Shown in pieces: positions 48,558 through 59,695 of a DNA stretch of 64,000 nt. Positions within the stretch are counted from its first letter, which is position 1, and the number at the start of each line of letters is the position of its first letter. Made by a program: the position numbers and the translations under genes. Location: positions 1-64,000 of the forward strand of contig JBFRWI010000226.1 in the NCBI GenBank assembly GCA_051439505.1. The letters run 5' to 3'. Source of the DNA: Hormoscilla sp. Lineage in GTDB: Bacteria; Cyanobacteriota; Cyanobacteriia; Cyanobacteriales; Desertifilaceae. The notes beneath the pieces are model-generated. The model ran no database searches, was not told the origin of the DNA, and saw nothing but the letters and a program-made list of their open reading frames with translations.

Positions 48558-49287
48558 TTGTTGTTAGCGATACCTCACCGATTACGAATTTAGCAGCGAT
48601 CGCTCAGCTAGACCTGCTGCAACAACCAATACTTCTCGGTTAACAACTTTGTCATTGCGAGGGGGGCTCCCAAATCGATATTTTACCCGCTCTCCGCTAT
48701 TACCCCCCCCCGAAGCAATCTCACCGACCACGCCGGAAAACTATTGATCTCATACAGGGTGGGGGGATTGCTTCGGGGGGTCAATTCATAAAGCATAAAT
48801 TAATCGCTACGTTTCCCCCTCGCAATGACAATAAAATGCTTAACCGAAAAGTTTGCTGCAACAACTGTACAACCGCATAGTCATACCTACAGCCGTTTAT
48901 AACGAGATGGTGGGAGTCAATAATAACGTTCCCGGTGCGGTAGAAGTTCAAACCTTACCCTGGATTCAAATGCAAGGGGTTGTAGATTCCCAACGAGTTA
49001 GACTTATTCAGGAAACTCAGGCAAATATTGACTTGGGCGAAGCAGAAGCGATCGTTTTGGCAATAGATATAAACGCCGATATCCTCCTGATGGACGAACG
49101 GCGTGGCAGGGCGGTAGCAATAAGCTATGGGCTGAATGTAACTGGGTTGCTGGGAATTCTATTGCAAGCTAAACGGAACGGTATAATTTTAGCGGTTAAG
49201 CCACTAATGGATCGATTGATCGAGGAGGCAGACTTTCGGGTTAGCAGTCAGTTGTACGCAAACATATTGCAATTGGCTGGGGAATAG
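48554..49287 (+). pseudogene. DUF3368 PIN-domain toxin interrupted by a MITE
   Basis: Removing 48627-48865 restores MIVVSDTSPITNLAAIAQLDLLQQLYNRIVIP...LGEAEAI...LLMDERRGR. Confidence 0.9.
48627..48855. mobile_element. 229-bp MITE with 10-bp target duplication
   Basis: Ends CAATACTTCTCGGTTAA...TTAACCGAAAAGTTTG. CTGCAACAAC at 48617-48626 and 48856-48865. Confidence 0.92.
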
Positions 49288-49431
49288 TTAGTTAGTAGGT
49301 TGGGTTGACGCCAGGAAACCCAACTCCAACAGCAGCAACTGGTTGGGTAAGGGACCTCAACCCAACCTACAGCAAGATTGGTGGTAGCGGTTTTCCTAAA
49401 TCCTCCGGGCCCTGTATCGGAGGGTATTGAT

Positions 49432-50523
49432 CTACTGCATTTCCTGCAATACTTGCCGAATCAAATCAGCAGGCACTTGGTCTGTTATAGTGACAGCACC
49501 CACCTGAGTTGGCAAGATAAAACGGACCTTACCCGCCTTCACCTTCTTATCCGTTTTCAAAGTCTCCAGAATGGCCTCAATATCGAGTCCCCCTGGCAAC
49601 TGCGTCGGTAAACCCGCTTTAGCAATTAAATCAAACTGACGCCGATCGCACTCTCGGTCCCACAGTTGCAACCCCAGGGCTAGCTTACTTGCTGCTACCA
49701 TGCCCATAGCTACTGCTTCCCCGTGAATGACCGATTTATATTCCGTGACACTTTCGATCGCATGGCCGATGGTGTGACCGTAGTTAAGGATCGCCCTCAA
49801 CCCCGCTTCTCTCTCATCTTTGCCGACCACATCAGCCTTAGCTTGGCAAGAGCGTGTTAAAATTGTTTCCAATAACTCTCCATCCAGGTCTTGGAGTTTT
49901 TCCAGGCTACTTTGCTTTTCCAACTGAGAAAATAACTCCCCATCCCAGATCACCCCATATTTAATCACCTCTGCCATGCCCGCCCGAAACTCCCGTGGAG
50001 GCAATGTCTGTAACACCTCGGGGTCGATCGCCACCAGTCTCGGCTGATAAAATGCCCCAATCAGGTTTTTGCCCATGGGATGATTAACTCCCGTTTTGCC
50101 GCCAACGGAAGCATCCACCATCGCTAGCAGGGAGGTGGGGACTTGCACGAACTGTATCCCCCGCAGCCAAGTGGCCGCGCTAAAGCCGGTCATATCTCCA
50201 ATCACCCCCCCACCCAGGGCTACCATGGTGGAAGATCTTTCCAAATGCTGTTCCAGGGCCCGATCGTAAACCTTTTCGATGCTGGCGAGGGTTTTGTAAC
50301 GTTCCCCATCCGGCAGGATGCAACTGGCCACTTCAAAACCGGCCCCACTCAGAGAGGCGATCGCCCTTTGGCCGTAATGCTGAAACACCACCGGGTTGGA
50401 CACCAGCAAAACCTTCTTCCCCAGATCCAGACTGGCCATGCTGGCACCCAGCCGGTCCAGAACCCCAGGGGCGATCGCAATCTCGTAAGAACGCTCGGGT
50501 AAATCTACTCTAATCCCAGACAT
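49432..50523 (-). CDS. aroB: 3-dehydroquinate synthase
   Basis: Motifs [24 protein letters not shown] and [10 protein letters not shown]. Confidence 0.95.
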   Translation of the reverse strand: MSGIRVDLPERSYEIAIAPGVLDRLGASMASLDLGKKVLLVSNPVVFQHYGQRAIASLSGAGFEVASCILPDGERYKTLASIEKVYDRALEQHLERSSTMVALGGGVIGDMTGFSAATWLRGIQFVQVPTSLLAMVDASVGGKTGVNHPMGKNLIGAFYQPRLVAIDPEVLQTLPPREFRAGMAEVIKYGVIWDGELFSQLEKQSSLEKLQDLDGELLETILTRSCQAKADVVGKDEREAGLRAILNYGHTIGHAIESVTEYKSVIHGEAVAMGMVAASKLALGLQLWDRECDRRQFDLIAKAGLPTQLPGGLDIEAILETLKTDKKVKAGKVRFILPTQVGAVTITDQVPADLIRQVLQEMQ

Positions 50524-50610
50524 CACTCAAACCCCCTCAATAACCCTGGGCTGTATTTTAGCCCAGGGCATGCTTCAATAGTATTGACCAGTCTTAAAGG
50601 AGAAACACAG

Positions 50611-50712
50611 ATGACAATAGGTGGTACGATCGCGTACTTTGTGCTATTAGGTGGTGCCTTCGCTGCCGCCCTCGTCCTCTATTTCGGGCTACGGGCCGTT
50701 AAGCTAATCTAA
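50611..50712 (+). CDS. petL: Cytochrome b6f subunit PetL (not in the ORF track)
   Basis: MTIGGTIAYFVLLGGAFAAALVLYFGLRAVKLI, a single TM helix ending KLI, with SD AAGGAG. Confidence 0.85.
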   Translation: MTIGGTIAYFVLLGGAFAAALVLYFGLRAVKLI

Positions 50713-51569
50713 GCCGATCGGTGTCCAGTGGACATCGCCCACTGGACAACCCGACAATCAATTAAGGGGTCACACCCCCCACATAAAGGGACCGGAGAAG
50801 AAGGAAGCCCGATCGCATTTCACAAAAATTTAAGAAGAGCGCTTATTGCCCAGAATATGGTGGTTTCGGGCTTGTAAGAAACAAAGAGCGCTCTATGTGT
50901 GATTTAGATTCGGGAATTTTATCTGTAGAAGCTGTAGAGTGAATAAATGGATCATCCCTACTTATTCAGTGAGGAGGATTTACTTAAGATACCGGCTGGA
51001 GCTTCCGCGCTCTGTCTACTGTCTTTATCCCGATTGCGGCTTATATGCTGCGAATAGAACAATAGGACTGGTAGACAAGCAGTAAGGAGCTGACAGCTTA
51101 CCCACTAACCTAATCTTGGGTGTATCTAGCCAGTTAAGCATTCAGCTATATGCAATAAGCAGTCAGGGTCGATAGGTCAGCGATTAGCGATCGAGCGATC
51201 GGCTGGCTTCTGATCGCCGAATGCGTAGAAGCTAGTTAGATGGAAAACTCAGAACTACAATTTGGGAAAAAACCATGGCACTACAGCAAGTATTTAAGTG
51301 GACTGTGTCCTGTTTGTTGCAAGCCGCTGTTACTCTCTCGCTCGGAGTTTGGCTGATGCAAGTAATCAGCAAATTGCCCTAGAATAGTTCGGTGGGAATC
51401 TCACCAAATCCGAGAGCATATGGATGGGGTAACAGAGAAGCTCCCCTCCCCCCCTAGCCCATTCCCCATCCAAGCGCAATGATGGCAATCCCTTAAGGGA
51501 TTACACAGACTACCAGAAACCCGGTTTCTTCTCAGAAGCCGGGTTTCTACATTCGGGAAGCACGGCGTG

Positions 51570-53159
51570 TCAACTGGCGATCGCCTCTAATTCTACCTCC
51601 AGCTGCCGTTCCACTTCTGCTGCTCTTTTCGCTGCCAGAAACTCCGCCAACTGTGCGGAGATATGATCGCGCACAATCTGACGATACTCCAGATAATGTT
51701 CGTTATGGGCGCAGGTTGTGACGTAATGCTGCCAGACGCCCGGGTTATGCTTGAGGATGCTATACAGATGATGCCAGAATTTCCAGCGGGTTTTACGTTT
51801 AATCCCCTGTCGCCAGATCACAATCATCAGGGCACGTAAATCTACCAGACTGATAAACTTGGCAGGTGGATGGCACTTCGGCGGACCCATCATCATGAAA
51901 TAGCGATAAGTCCGATCCAAGTAATTGGAAGCATCATACAGGGTACAAAACGCCTCTATATATTCCCGGGCAATATCCTCTATAGGGCGAGTGGGGATAA
52001 AGTTCATCAAGGCCCCCTGGGGATTACCATTACTCTCTTTCGATAGTAAGCGTCCCTCTTTTTCTAAGCGATGCCAGAGGGCTGTATTCGGTAAAGCTTG
52101 CAGCATCCCCAACATGGCCGCAGGAATGGCTGTTTGTTCGACAAACCGGACAATGCGATCGCCCGCCCCTTTGCTTTCCCCATCAAAGCCGATAATAAAC
52201 CCGGCCATCACTCGCATCCCCGATCGGGCGATCGCTTCTACCGATTCTGCCAGAGAATCTCTGGTATTTTGAAACTTTTTCGTCAGAGTCAGACTGGCTT
52301 CATCTGGCGTCTCTATGCCCAAGAATACCGACTTAAAGTTACACTCTACCATCAAATCCATCAATTCTTGGTCCTGGGCCAGATCTACTGACGCCTCTGT
52401 CGTAAAATTGAAGGGATACTGATGTTCGGCTTGCCAGACTTTCAACTCCTTCAGCAGCAGCTTCACATTCCGCTTATTGCCAATAAAGTTGTCATCCACC
52501 ATAAAAATCGCGCGCGTCCACCCCAGTTGGCGGAGATATTCCAACTCAGCGAGCAGCTGCTGGGGAGTTTTCGTCCGGGGTTTGCGTCCGTACAGAACAA
52601 TAATGTCGCAAAACTCGCATTGGAACGGACAACCTCGGGAAAACTGTACCGACATGGTGTCATAAGCATCCAATTCTAGCAAATCAAACCGAGGCACCAG
52701 GGTTTCAGTCACGTCCGGTTTTTCGGAGGCACGGAAAGTCCCGCCCCGATCGCCCCGACGCACCGCCTCCACAAACATCGGTAAAGTGATTTCCCCTTCA
52801 TCGAGAATCAGATAATCAGCACCCGCCTCACTAGGTACTTCCGGGACCGAAGTGGCATAGGGCCCCCCCACTGCTACCGGCTTACCGCGCCCTTTAGCTT
52901 CTCGAATCAGGTAGAGCAGATCCTCTTTTTGGACTATCATGGCCGAGATAATCACCAGATCTGCCCATTCCCACTCCGACTCCGTCACGGGACGGACATT
53001 GCGATCGACCAGCTTAAATTCCCACTCTTGTGGTAAGATAGCCGCTACCGTCACCAAACCCAAGGGCGGGAGCAAAACCTTGCGATTTATCAGTTCTATG
53101 ACTTTTTCATAAGACCAAAATGTTTTCGGAAACAGGGGGTACAGCAATAAAACCCTCAT
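51570..53159 (-). CDS. B12-binding radical SAM protein (DUF4070 type)
   Basis: PPLGL, VAVGGPY and the CxxxCxxC motif CPFQCEFC. Confidence 0.9.
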   Translation of the reverse strand: MRVLLLYPLFPKTFWSYEKVIELINRKVLLPPLGLVTVAAILPQEWEFKLVDRNVRPVTESEWEWADLVIISAMIVQKEDLLYLIREAKGRGKPVAVGGPYATSVPEVPSEAGADYLILDEGEITLPMFVEAVRRGDRGGTFRASEKPDVTETLVPRFDLLELDAYDTMSVQFSRGCPFQCEFCDIIVLYGRKPRTKTPQQLLAELEYLRQLGWTRAIFMVDDNFIGNKRNVKLLLKELKVWQAEHQYPFNFTTEASVDLAQDQELMDLMVECNFKSVFLGIETPDEASLTLTKKFQNTRDSLAESVEAIARSGMRVMAGFIIGFDGESKGAGDRIVRFVEQTAIPAAMLGMLQALPNTALWHRLEKEGRLLSKESNGNPQGALMNFIPTRPIEDIAREYIEAFCTLYDASNYLDRTYRYFMMMGPPKCHPPAKFISLVDLRALMIVIWRQGIKRKTRWKFWHHLYSILKHNPGVWQHYVTTCAHNEHYLEYRQIVRDHISAQLAEFLAAKRAAEVERQLEVELEAIAS

Positions 53160-53375
53160 TTATTAGTTAAACCTCACTTATTCATGTTTATAGTTCCTGG
53201 TTGGTATGGACCCATTAGCCATTATCATTATATTATCCCAGGAATCATTTCCTTGCCAACAATTATCTTATCATCTATTCCGACGCTTATTTTTGAGGCT
53301 CCTCTCGCTTTTTATTTGCGAATGGCAAATGGTTAATTGCGAAGGGATTAAAATGGGGCAATTCTCAATTTCCAA

Positions 53376-55058
53376 TTATCCTACTGGAGATGCACCCGAT
53401 TTGTTTTGTCGAATGGGAATTTCTATCCTGAACTCGGCCCCCTCTCCCAGTGCTGATTGACATTCTATCTTTCCTTGGTGTTTTTCGACAATAATTGAAT
53501 GGGAAATAGACAAACCCAATCCCGTGCCTTTACCTACCGGTTTAGTTGTAAAAAAAGCATCGAAGAGTTTCTGGCTAACCTTTGAGTCTATCCCCATGCC
53601 ATTATCAGCTATCTTAATGGCGATCGCCTCTCGTTCGACTGCTTCCGTCTGGATCCTAATGCTGATAGTATCTGCTTCCCTTTCTGCGGGCGATCGCCCT
53701 TTATCATAGTCTTCTAAAGCATCAATGGCATTGCCAATAATATTCATAAACACTTGGCTTAACTGTCCTGGATAGCATTCTACTAGGGGAAGTTGACCGT
53801 ATTCTTTAATCACTTCGATCGCCCCACGATAGGGTTGAGCTTTCAAACGATTCTGGAGAATCATCAGGGTGCTGTCAATTCCCTCGTGGATATCAAATTT
53901 CTTCAGTTCCGCTTCATCCATACGGGAAAAGTTTCGCAGGGACAGGACGATTTCATGCAGGCGATCGGAACCTACCTGCATCGATTCGAGAGTTTTCGGC
54001 AAGTCTGACATTAAAAATTCTAGCTCAACCTCTTCCAGTTTATCAATAATTTCCGTCGGGGGATTGCTATAGTTTTGCTGATAAATTTGAATCACATCCA
54101 GGATATCTTGAATATACTCCCGTGCGTGAACGATATTGCCGTGAATGAAATTCACGGGATTATTAATTTCATGGGCCACTCCAGCAACTAACTGACCTAA
54201 GCTAGACATTTTTTCGCTTTGGACCATCTGGACTTGAGTTTGCTGAAGTTTTTCTAAGGTTTGTTCTAATACTCGAGTGCGATTATTTAAATCTGATTGG
54301 GTCCGGTGCAATTTTTCGATGTATTCTTCTTTTTCCCTGGCCTCAGATTCAACTTTATGCGCTAATTTATTTCCATATACGGCGATCCCACTTACCATCA
54401 AGACAATCAGCATGGCCAGAGAATACTCAAACTTCTTTAAACTCCGAGCTGCGGCTATTTGCTCGTCGAAAAGCTGCTGCTGAATTTCACTCACCTGCTG
54501 GCGCAAGCTCGCAAAGGCTTTACTAACTTCGTGCGATCGGCGATCCATGATCGCCATCCGCCTACCCGCTAGTTCTAGTTGGTTCTGTTCAAAATAGGAA
54601 AAAATTAGGTTCGCTTCTTGAGCCATTTGAGCCATTGCTGTTTCAATAGTTTGTAAGTCTTCTAGCAGCAACTGCGCCAGACCTGCTTCCACATTAGCAT
54701 GTAACTCCTGTTTGGCCCTTTCCATGCCCGTACTAAACCGATCGAGCATCACCTGCAATCTTTTTGATTCCAGTTCCACAGAGCCCGACTCAAAAACATC
54801 ATTGCCAGGAGCATTTGCTGCCACGGCCAATTGACTCAGTTCCGAATAGCTTTGGAGTCGTCGGGCCCAATCTTGATTTACGGCTACTGACTGAGTATAA
54901 CTACTCATTAGTTTATAATTGAGATAAAGGCTCAAGGACACGGTACACAAATCGAAGGCGGCGAGTAAGAAATAGAGGTAGTGCCATTTCGGTCGCGATC
55001 GCGTTGGGGCTGTGATTGATTTATTTTTGCCTTTGAGTAATGTATGATTCGATCTCAT
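53376..55058 (-). CDS. Membrane sensor histidine kinase
   Basis: Two TMs around a helical periplasmic domain, then AHEINNP, SQVFMN and GTGLGL. Confidence 0.9.
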   Translation of the reverse strand: MRSNHTLLKGKNKSITAPTRSRPKWHYLYFLLAAFDLCTVSLSLYLNYKLMSSYTQSVAVNQDWARRLQSYSELSQLAVAANAPGNDVFESGSVELESKRLQVMLDRFSTGMERAKQELHANVEAGLAQLLLEDLQTIETAMAQMAQEANLIFSYFEQNQLELAGRRMAIMDRRSHEVSKAFASLRQQVSEIQQQLFDEQIAAARSLKKFEYSLAMLIVLMVSGIAVYGNKLAHKVESEAREKEEYIEKLHRTQSDLNNRTRVLEQTLEKLQQTQVQMVQSEKMSSLGQLVAGVAHEINNPVNFIHGNIVHAREYIQDILDVIQIYQQNYSNPPTEIIDKLEEVELEFLMSDLPKTLESMQVGSDRLHEIVLSLRNFSRMDEAELKKFDIHEGIDSTLMILQNRLKAQPYRGAIEVIKEYGQLPLVECYPGQLSQVFMNIIGNAIDALEDYDKGRSPAEREADTISIRIQTEAVEREAIAIKIADNGMGIDSKVSQKLFDAFFTTKPVGKGTGLGLSISHSIIVEKHQGKIECQSALGEGAEFRIEIPIRQNKSGASPVG

Positions 55059-55573
55059 AGGTGAGAGTCTCCATGATTGATGGATCGAAGTAGAGCGAGC
55101 AGCTGGATAATGACCCCGTTTGCCTCCATCCCCGACAATAGTTCTACCACTGATTGGTGACAATTGGTAAAAATTTATTGAGTCCCTGGGATTGTCCTAT
55201 TATGACCGTAGCGATCGCCTGCTAGAATCTATCTCTTGGGTGAGGGTGCCGATCGTCGGGTTGCACATTTAGGCCACAGGCAGGCGATCGTCCCAAACCT
55301 ATTACTTTTTAGCCCTTGACAAAATGCGGGTTCGATGAAATAATTCAGCAGAGGGTTGGTTCGCCGACCACCGGCTCTAGCACTAAGGTTAGAAGTTGTA
55401 TTGGTAGGGTGGGCCGCACCCACTGTCATCTGTAGGTGTGACCAAAAACACACCCGGTTAGAAGTGGTCAGCCCACAGCTGCATCAGTCAGTCGGTAAAA
55501 CTGAGATCCTATTGACGGTAGGTTCCGCAGAAAGTATAGAACCAGACATAAAAATAACTTTTAGGAGGTGATA

Positions 55574-55747
55574 ATGAAAGGAAAACACAAATAATCCTCG
55601 CTTGTTCGATCCTAATGTATTGTGGCATGTTCTAGAGACCCCGGTCGAAGCTTCGGTAGAGCAAATTGACCAATTTGCATCAATCTATCAGATAATGCCC
55701 GACCACCTCAACCTGTGAATGGGAGAGTAATTCGGATCGGACAATAA
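55574..55747 (+). pseudogene. Alpha-carbonic anhydrase C-terminal remnant
   Basis: NVLWHVLETPVEASVEQIDQFASIY, a frameshift, then NARPPQPVNGRVI. An orphan AGGAGG-ATG lies upstream. Confidence 0.7.
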
Positions 55748-56117
55748 AGGCGAGACCTCAAGCATTCCTCTCAAGGATCATGCACTGATGCGCAAATACC
55801 AAGACATGTTCCCGTACTCCCAGGCGATCGGCCCGTCGGACCTCCCGGACAGGGGTTGCGTATATGATGATATCTGGGTATTTTTTGATAACCACCAGCG
55901 ACTCTGTAGAGCGATCGCCATGGAGGAATAGCTAAGACCTCATGCTGAAAGAAAGGCTCATTTGCCGATAGAGAAAGTAATTAAACCTGGTATCGTGGAA
56001 GCGTCGCACCCAACATCCATAATACAGGTTGCGGTAGTTGACAGCATGTTATAATTCATAGTTGATGGTTCGTGAGAACTGGACAATCAACCATCAACAA
56101 GGAAAAATCAACAAGGA

Positions 56118-56387
56118 GTGCCTATGCTGATGCTGAAGGCCGAGCAAGTACAGTATTGCTACGTACACCGCCAAGTAAAAGGACGAGTTGAAAAAGTACC
56201 GGGAATTGCTTATTACAACAAGCTGTTTGTCAAAAGTGCATCTTTTGGTAAAGGCGAGAGAGAAAAAGCAATTCAGCAGTGTCGGCAGGATTTTGCCAAG
56301 CAGAATGGGCGAATTTTATTCTTAGTGGTGGAAGAGGAGACAGGCTTTACTCTTTGGTATGAAGATAACCAGTTGCAGTTAGCATAA
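56118..56387 (+). CDS. Small conserved-type cyanobacterial hypothetical protein
   Basis: SD AAGGAG and a plausible globular 87-89 aa ORF. Confidence 0.6.
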   Translation: MPMLMLKAEQVQYCYVHRQVKGRVEKVPGIAYYNKLFVKSASFGKGEREKAIQQCRQDFAKQNGRILFLVVEEETGFTLWYEDNQLQLA

Positions 56388-56627
56388 AACTCCCGCTCCA
56401 TCTTGTAAAGGAAGATCGACTAAAATCTCAAAGAGAATGACTACTGAAAATTTGGCGATCGGGGCCCGGTTCGGAGCCCACTTCCCTAGAAGTCGGTTAA
56501 GAAACCGGGTTGGTCATAGCATTGAGATCTCGTCGATCGCCACAGCATCAACCCGGTTTTTGCTTCTACTCGATGCTCTAACGGTACCCTAATAGGAGAC
56601 AAGGTGCTAAACTTTAACCCCTTGAGA

Positions 56628-57716
56628 TTATTGATAAGTGGGAAAATCCGTATAGCCTTCTTTATCAAAGGAAAACCAAATATTCATATCTGCAGGTGGA
56701 TTCAGGGGCCAGCCATTGGTAAAGCGATCGACTAAATCGGGATTGCTGATAAATGGGCGTCCAAAGGCAATTAAATCGGCATTTCCCTCTTTAATTGCGG
56801 TTTCAGCCGTTGACTGTTCGTACCCGCAATTCCCCATCAGCGGACCCGCAAATACCGATCGAAATTCTGCCAAAGTCATGGGCTCTCCCAATTCGTGAAA
56901 GCCAAAAGCCAGGCCATCCATCAAATGAAGGTAAGCTAATCCATAAGGGTTTAATTGCTTGGCCGTGTAAAGAAAAGTTTCCCGAAAGTCCGGCGAACCC
57001 ATATCATTAAAATTACCGTTGGGAGAAAGCCGAACTCCTACCCGATTAGCAGGCCAGACGGTGAGGACCGATTCGACAATTTCTTTGAGAAAACGGTAGC
57101 GGTTTTCGAGGCTACCACCATATAGATCCGTGCGCTGGTTAGTTTTGGATTGTAGGAACTGGTCAATCAAATAGCCATTGGCAGCGTGAATCTCTACCCC
57201 ATCAAAGCCAGCGAATTTGGCACGTACAGCAGCCTGACGATAATCGGAGACAATCAGGGGAATCTCTTCTGTTTCTAAAGCCCGAGGTGTTTCGTAGGGT
57301 TGCTTGCCAATAGGAGTATGAATGTATTCTGCATTTAGCTTCAGGGCAGAAGGGGCGACTGGCAGTTCGCCGTTTTCCTGAAAACTCGTGTGGGAGGCGC
57401 GTCCACAATGCCAAAGTTGCAGAAAAATGGGCGTTCCTTGGGCATGAACTGCATCCACAATTTGCTTCCAGGCAACTGCTTGTTCGTCGGAGTAAATACC
57501 GGGCGTATTTTGCCATCCATTGGCTTGCTTGGAAATCACGGTCGCCTCGGTAATAATTAAACTGGCGGTAGCCCGTTGAGCGTAATACTCGGCCATTAAG
57601 GCGTTGGGCATCCGTTCGACTCCCGCCCGGGAACGAGTCATGGGAGCCATTACTACCCGGTTTTTGAGGGGCAAACCTCCCAAGTCAAAAGGACTGATCA
57701 GTGCCGGCGATCTCAT
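56628..57716 (-). CDS. Old yellow enzyme alkene reductase (NemA/XenB-like)
   Basis: Motifs MAPMTR, QLWHCGR, EIHAANGYL.DQF and FGRPFISNPDL. Confidence 0.92.
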   Translation of the reverse strand: MRSPALISPFDLGGLPLKNRVVMAPMTRSRAGVERMPNALMAEYYAQRATASLIITEATVISKQANGWQNTPGIYSDEQAVAWKQIVDAVHAQGTPIFLQLWHCGRASHTSFQENGELPVAPSALKLNAEYIHTPIGKQPYETPRALETEEIPLIVSDYRQAAVRAKFAGFDGVEIHAANGYLIDQFLQSKTNQRTDLYGGSLENRYRFLKEIVESVLTVWPANRVGVRLSPNGNFNDMGSPDFRETFLYTAKQLNPYGLAYLHLMDGLAFGFHELGEPMTLAEFRSVFAGPLMGNCGYEQSTAETAIKEGNADLIAFGRPFISNPDLVDRFTNGWPLNPPADMNIWFSFDKEGYTDFPTYQ

Positions 57717-57793
57717 ATAACTATCCTCCAACTTTATTCTTGATATCGTATCATAGGAAATCAAAAGGTGGGCAATGCCCACCCGATCGATCT

Positions 57794-59008
57794 TTAACCA
57801 ATAGTCATGGCTAAATCATTGCTACTCACTATGAATGTAGCACTCCGCACGATGTCCGTTGCCGCATTTTGCACCAGACCCAAAATGTCGCCATTAGTCA
57901 GTTGAATTAGGGTGTCATTCCCCGAGACATTAAATACTAAATCTGTTAGACCGATCTCCCCCGCGATCGCCACTCGATCGCCCTGGCCAGCATTAAAATC
58001 AGAAATGCGATCGGCAGCAGTTACATCCCCTTCAGGAACAGCAGCAAAGGTGCGGAAGATGAAAGTATCGGCACCGTCGCCACCAGCGAGGATATCCAAA
58101 CCCAAATCTCCCACCAAGTAATCGTTACCGCTGCTGCCAATTAAAATGTCATTCCCTTGTCCGCCCCGGATAAAATCATCCCCAGCACCACCTTCAATGA
58201 TATCGTCACCGAGATTACCGTTAACCACATCAGAGTTATCGGAACCAACAACACTATCAATGCCATCTAAAGCCAAAATTCCCCGATCGCTTGTCGTAAG
58301 CTGAATCACCTCGTTGCCATCAGTTCTGGAGTTAGTGAGAACCGGAACTTTAATCGCATTGCTAGCATTCACCAAATTGTTCAGCAGCACAGCATCGGTA
58401 ATCAGAGATGAAACTCGACCCGAGATTATGCCCTCAGTTACTCCAGCATAGAGAAGGATATTTCCCTGTTGAATTTGGTCCACTACATCCATTCCTTGGG
58501 TCACGTTCCCGAAGACAGCAAAGTCTCCGTCCAGGAAAGGATTATCTGCCAAATTAACAAAGAACTGAGACGAGGCTGAATCAGGATTATCGCCCACCCG
58601 CGCCATCGCGATCGCGCTGCGAACATTCCGCAACAGTGGTGCAGTCGTTATTCCCGCATCCTCGAAAGTTTGGCTGTAGATGGGTTCTGCTGCGCCGACA
58701 GGTTTAATTTCTAAAGGAATTCGGCGTTCCTGACCAGTTACCGGGTCAATAAAACCTCCCGTACCCAGCAGATCTGCGGGAAAATTCGGGTCTCGGCTTT
58801 GGGGATCTCCAGCTTGCACCACAAAGGGATTTGGTTCCCGTACCACTCGGTGAAAGGAAATTTGGTTGTAAAAGCCTCGTTCCACCAGATCGACAAAGTT
58901 ACCTGAGGTAATGGGGGCATTTGTGCCGTCAACTGATATGGTAATTGAGGCACCATTCACCACCATTACCACCGTCGCCGGACCTGTTAACTGGGGTAAA
59001 TCTTCCAT
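57794..59008 (-). CDS. Cyclophilin PPIase with RTX-like Ca-binding repeats
   Basis: FHRVV..PFVVQAGDP, AMAR and SQFF, followed by GG.G.D repeats. Confidence 0.88.
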   Translation of the reverse strand: MEDLPQLTGPATVVMVVNGASITISVDGTNAPITSGNFVDLVERGFYNQISFHRVVREPNPFVVQAGDPQSRDPNFPADLLGTGGFIDPVTGQERRIPLEIKPVGAAEPIYSQTFEDAGITTAPLLRNVRSAIAMARVGDNPDSASSQFFVNLADNPFLDGDFAVFGNVTQGMDVVDQIQQGNILLYAGVTEGIISGRVSSLITDAVLLNNLVNASNAIKVPVLTNSRTDGNEVIQLTTSDRGILALDGIDSVVGSDNSDVVNGNLGDDIIEGGAGDDFIRGGQGNDILIGSSGNDYLVGDLGLDILAGGDGADTFIFRTFAAVPEGDVTAADRISDFNAGQGDRVAIAGEIGLTDLVFNVSGNDTLIQLTNGDILGLVQNAATDIVRSATFIVSSNDLAMTIG

Positions 59009-59043
59009 TGCTGAATTCCTCTCGCGATTGAAATCTGTCTGAT

Positions 59044-59191
59044 TATAGCAGTTCTCATCCTTTGTGTGATAATGGATCGGAGATTGCTTCGGGGGGGGGG
59101 GTAACTCCAAATCCCATAAGTTACTCGCTAGTCTCCCCCCTCGCAATGACAAATAGGCGATACCACATCAATGCATTCGAGATGAGCTATA
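59044..59191. mobile_element. TATAGC-ended MITE carrying a GATTGCTTCG/CTCGCAATGACA module
   Basis: Reverse-orientation relative of 15619-15774. Confidence 0.6.
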
Positions 59192-59193
59192 TA

Positions 59194-59643
59194 TCAAATG
59201 TCCTGGGGGATACTGCCAAGTTCTGCGATCGACTGTTCGATGCGCCGTGCGATTTCCTTCAAAGCATCTGTTGGCGGGGTTCGACCGATGTCGTGAACCA
59301 ACCAGTATTCTATCGCATCTTCCCAGGCACTGAACCGTTCTGCCATCAGGGGTCGATGTTCTGATTCGTCCAGGGCGATCGCCCGATCGGCCCTTATCAA
59401 ATCTTCTTCCGTCAGGGATTGGGGGAAGCGTTCGTCATCAGAAACGATTATACCCCGTTCCGACAAAGCTGCGACAGCATATCTAGAAATCGGTCCGACA
59501 TTATTCGCGCCCCGTTCCACCGCCAGTCCCCGGGAGAATGCCCGCCATTCCAGTCCCTGTTTTTCTGCTAATGCATTGAACAGCTGTTCAGCGAAGCGAC
59601 TGCGATAATAATTGCCCGTACAGAGAAAGAGGATTTTCTTCAT
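59194..59643 (-). CDS. Low-molecular-weight phosphatase family protein
   Basis: ILFLCTGNYYRS (CX5R). Confidence 0.85.
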   Translation of the reverse strand: MKKILFLCTGNYYRSRFAEQLFNALAEKQGLEWRAFSRGLAVERGANNVGPISRYAVAALSERGIIVSDDERFPQSLTEEDLIRADRAIALDESEHRPLMAERFSAWEDAIEYWLVHDIGRTPPTDALKEIARRIEQSIAELGSIPQDI

Positions 59644-59695
59644 TTGTTATCTTATCGTATGGTGTGTGGTGCGGTGGGCGGTGCCCACCCTACAA

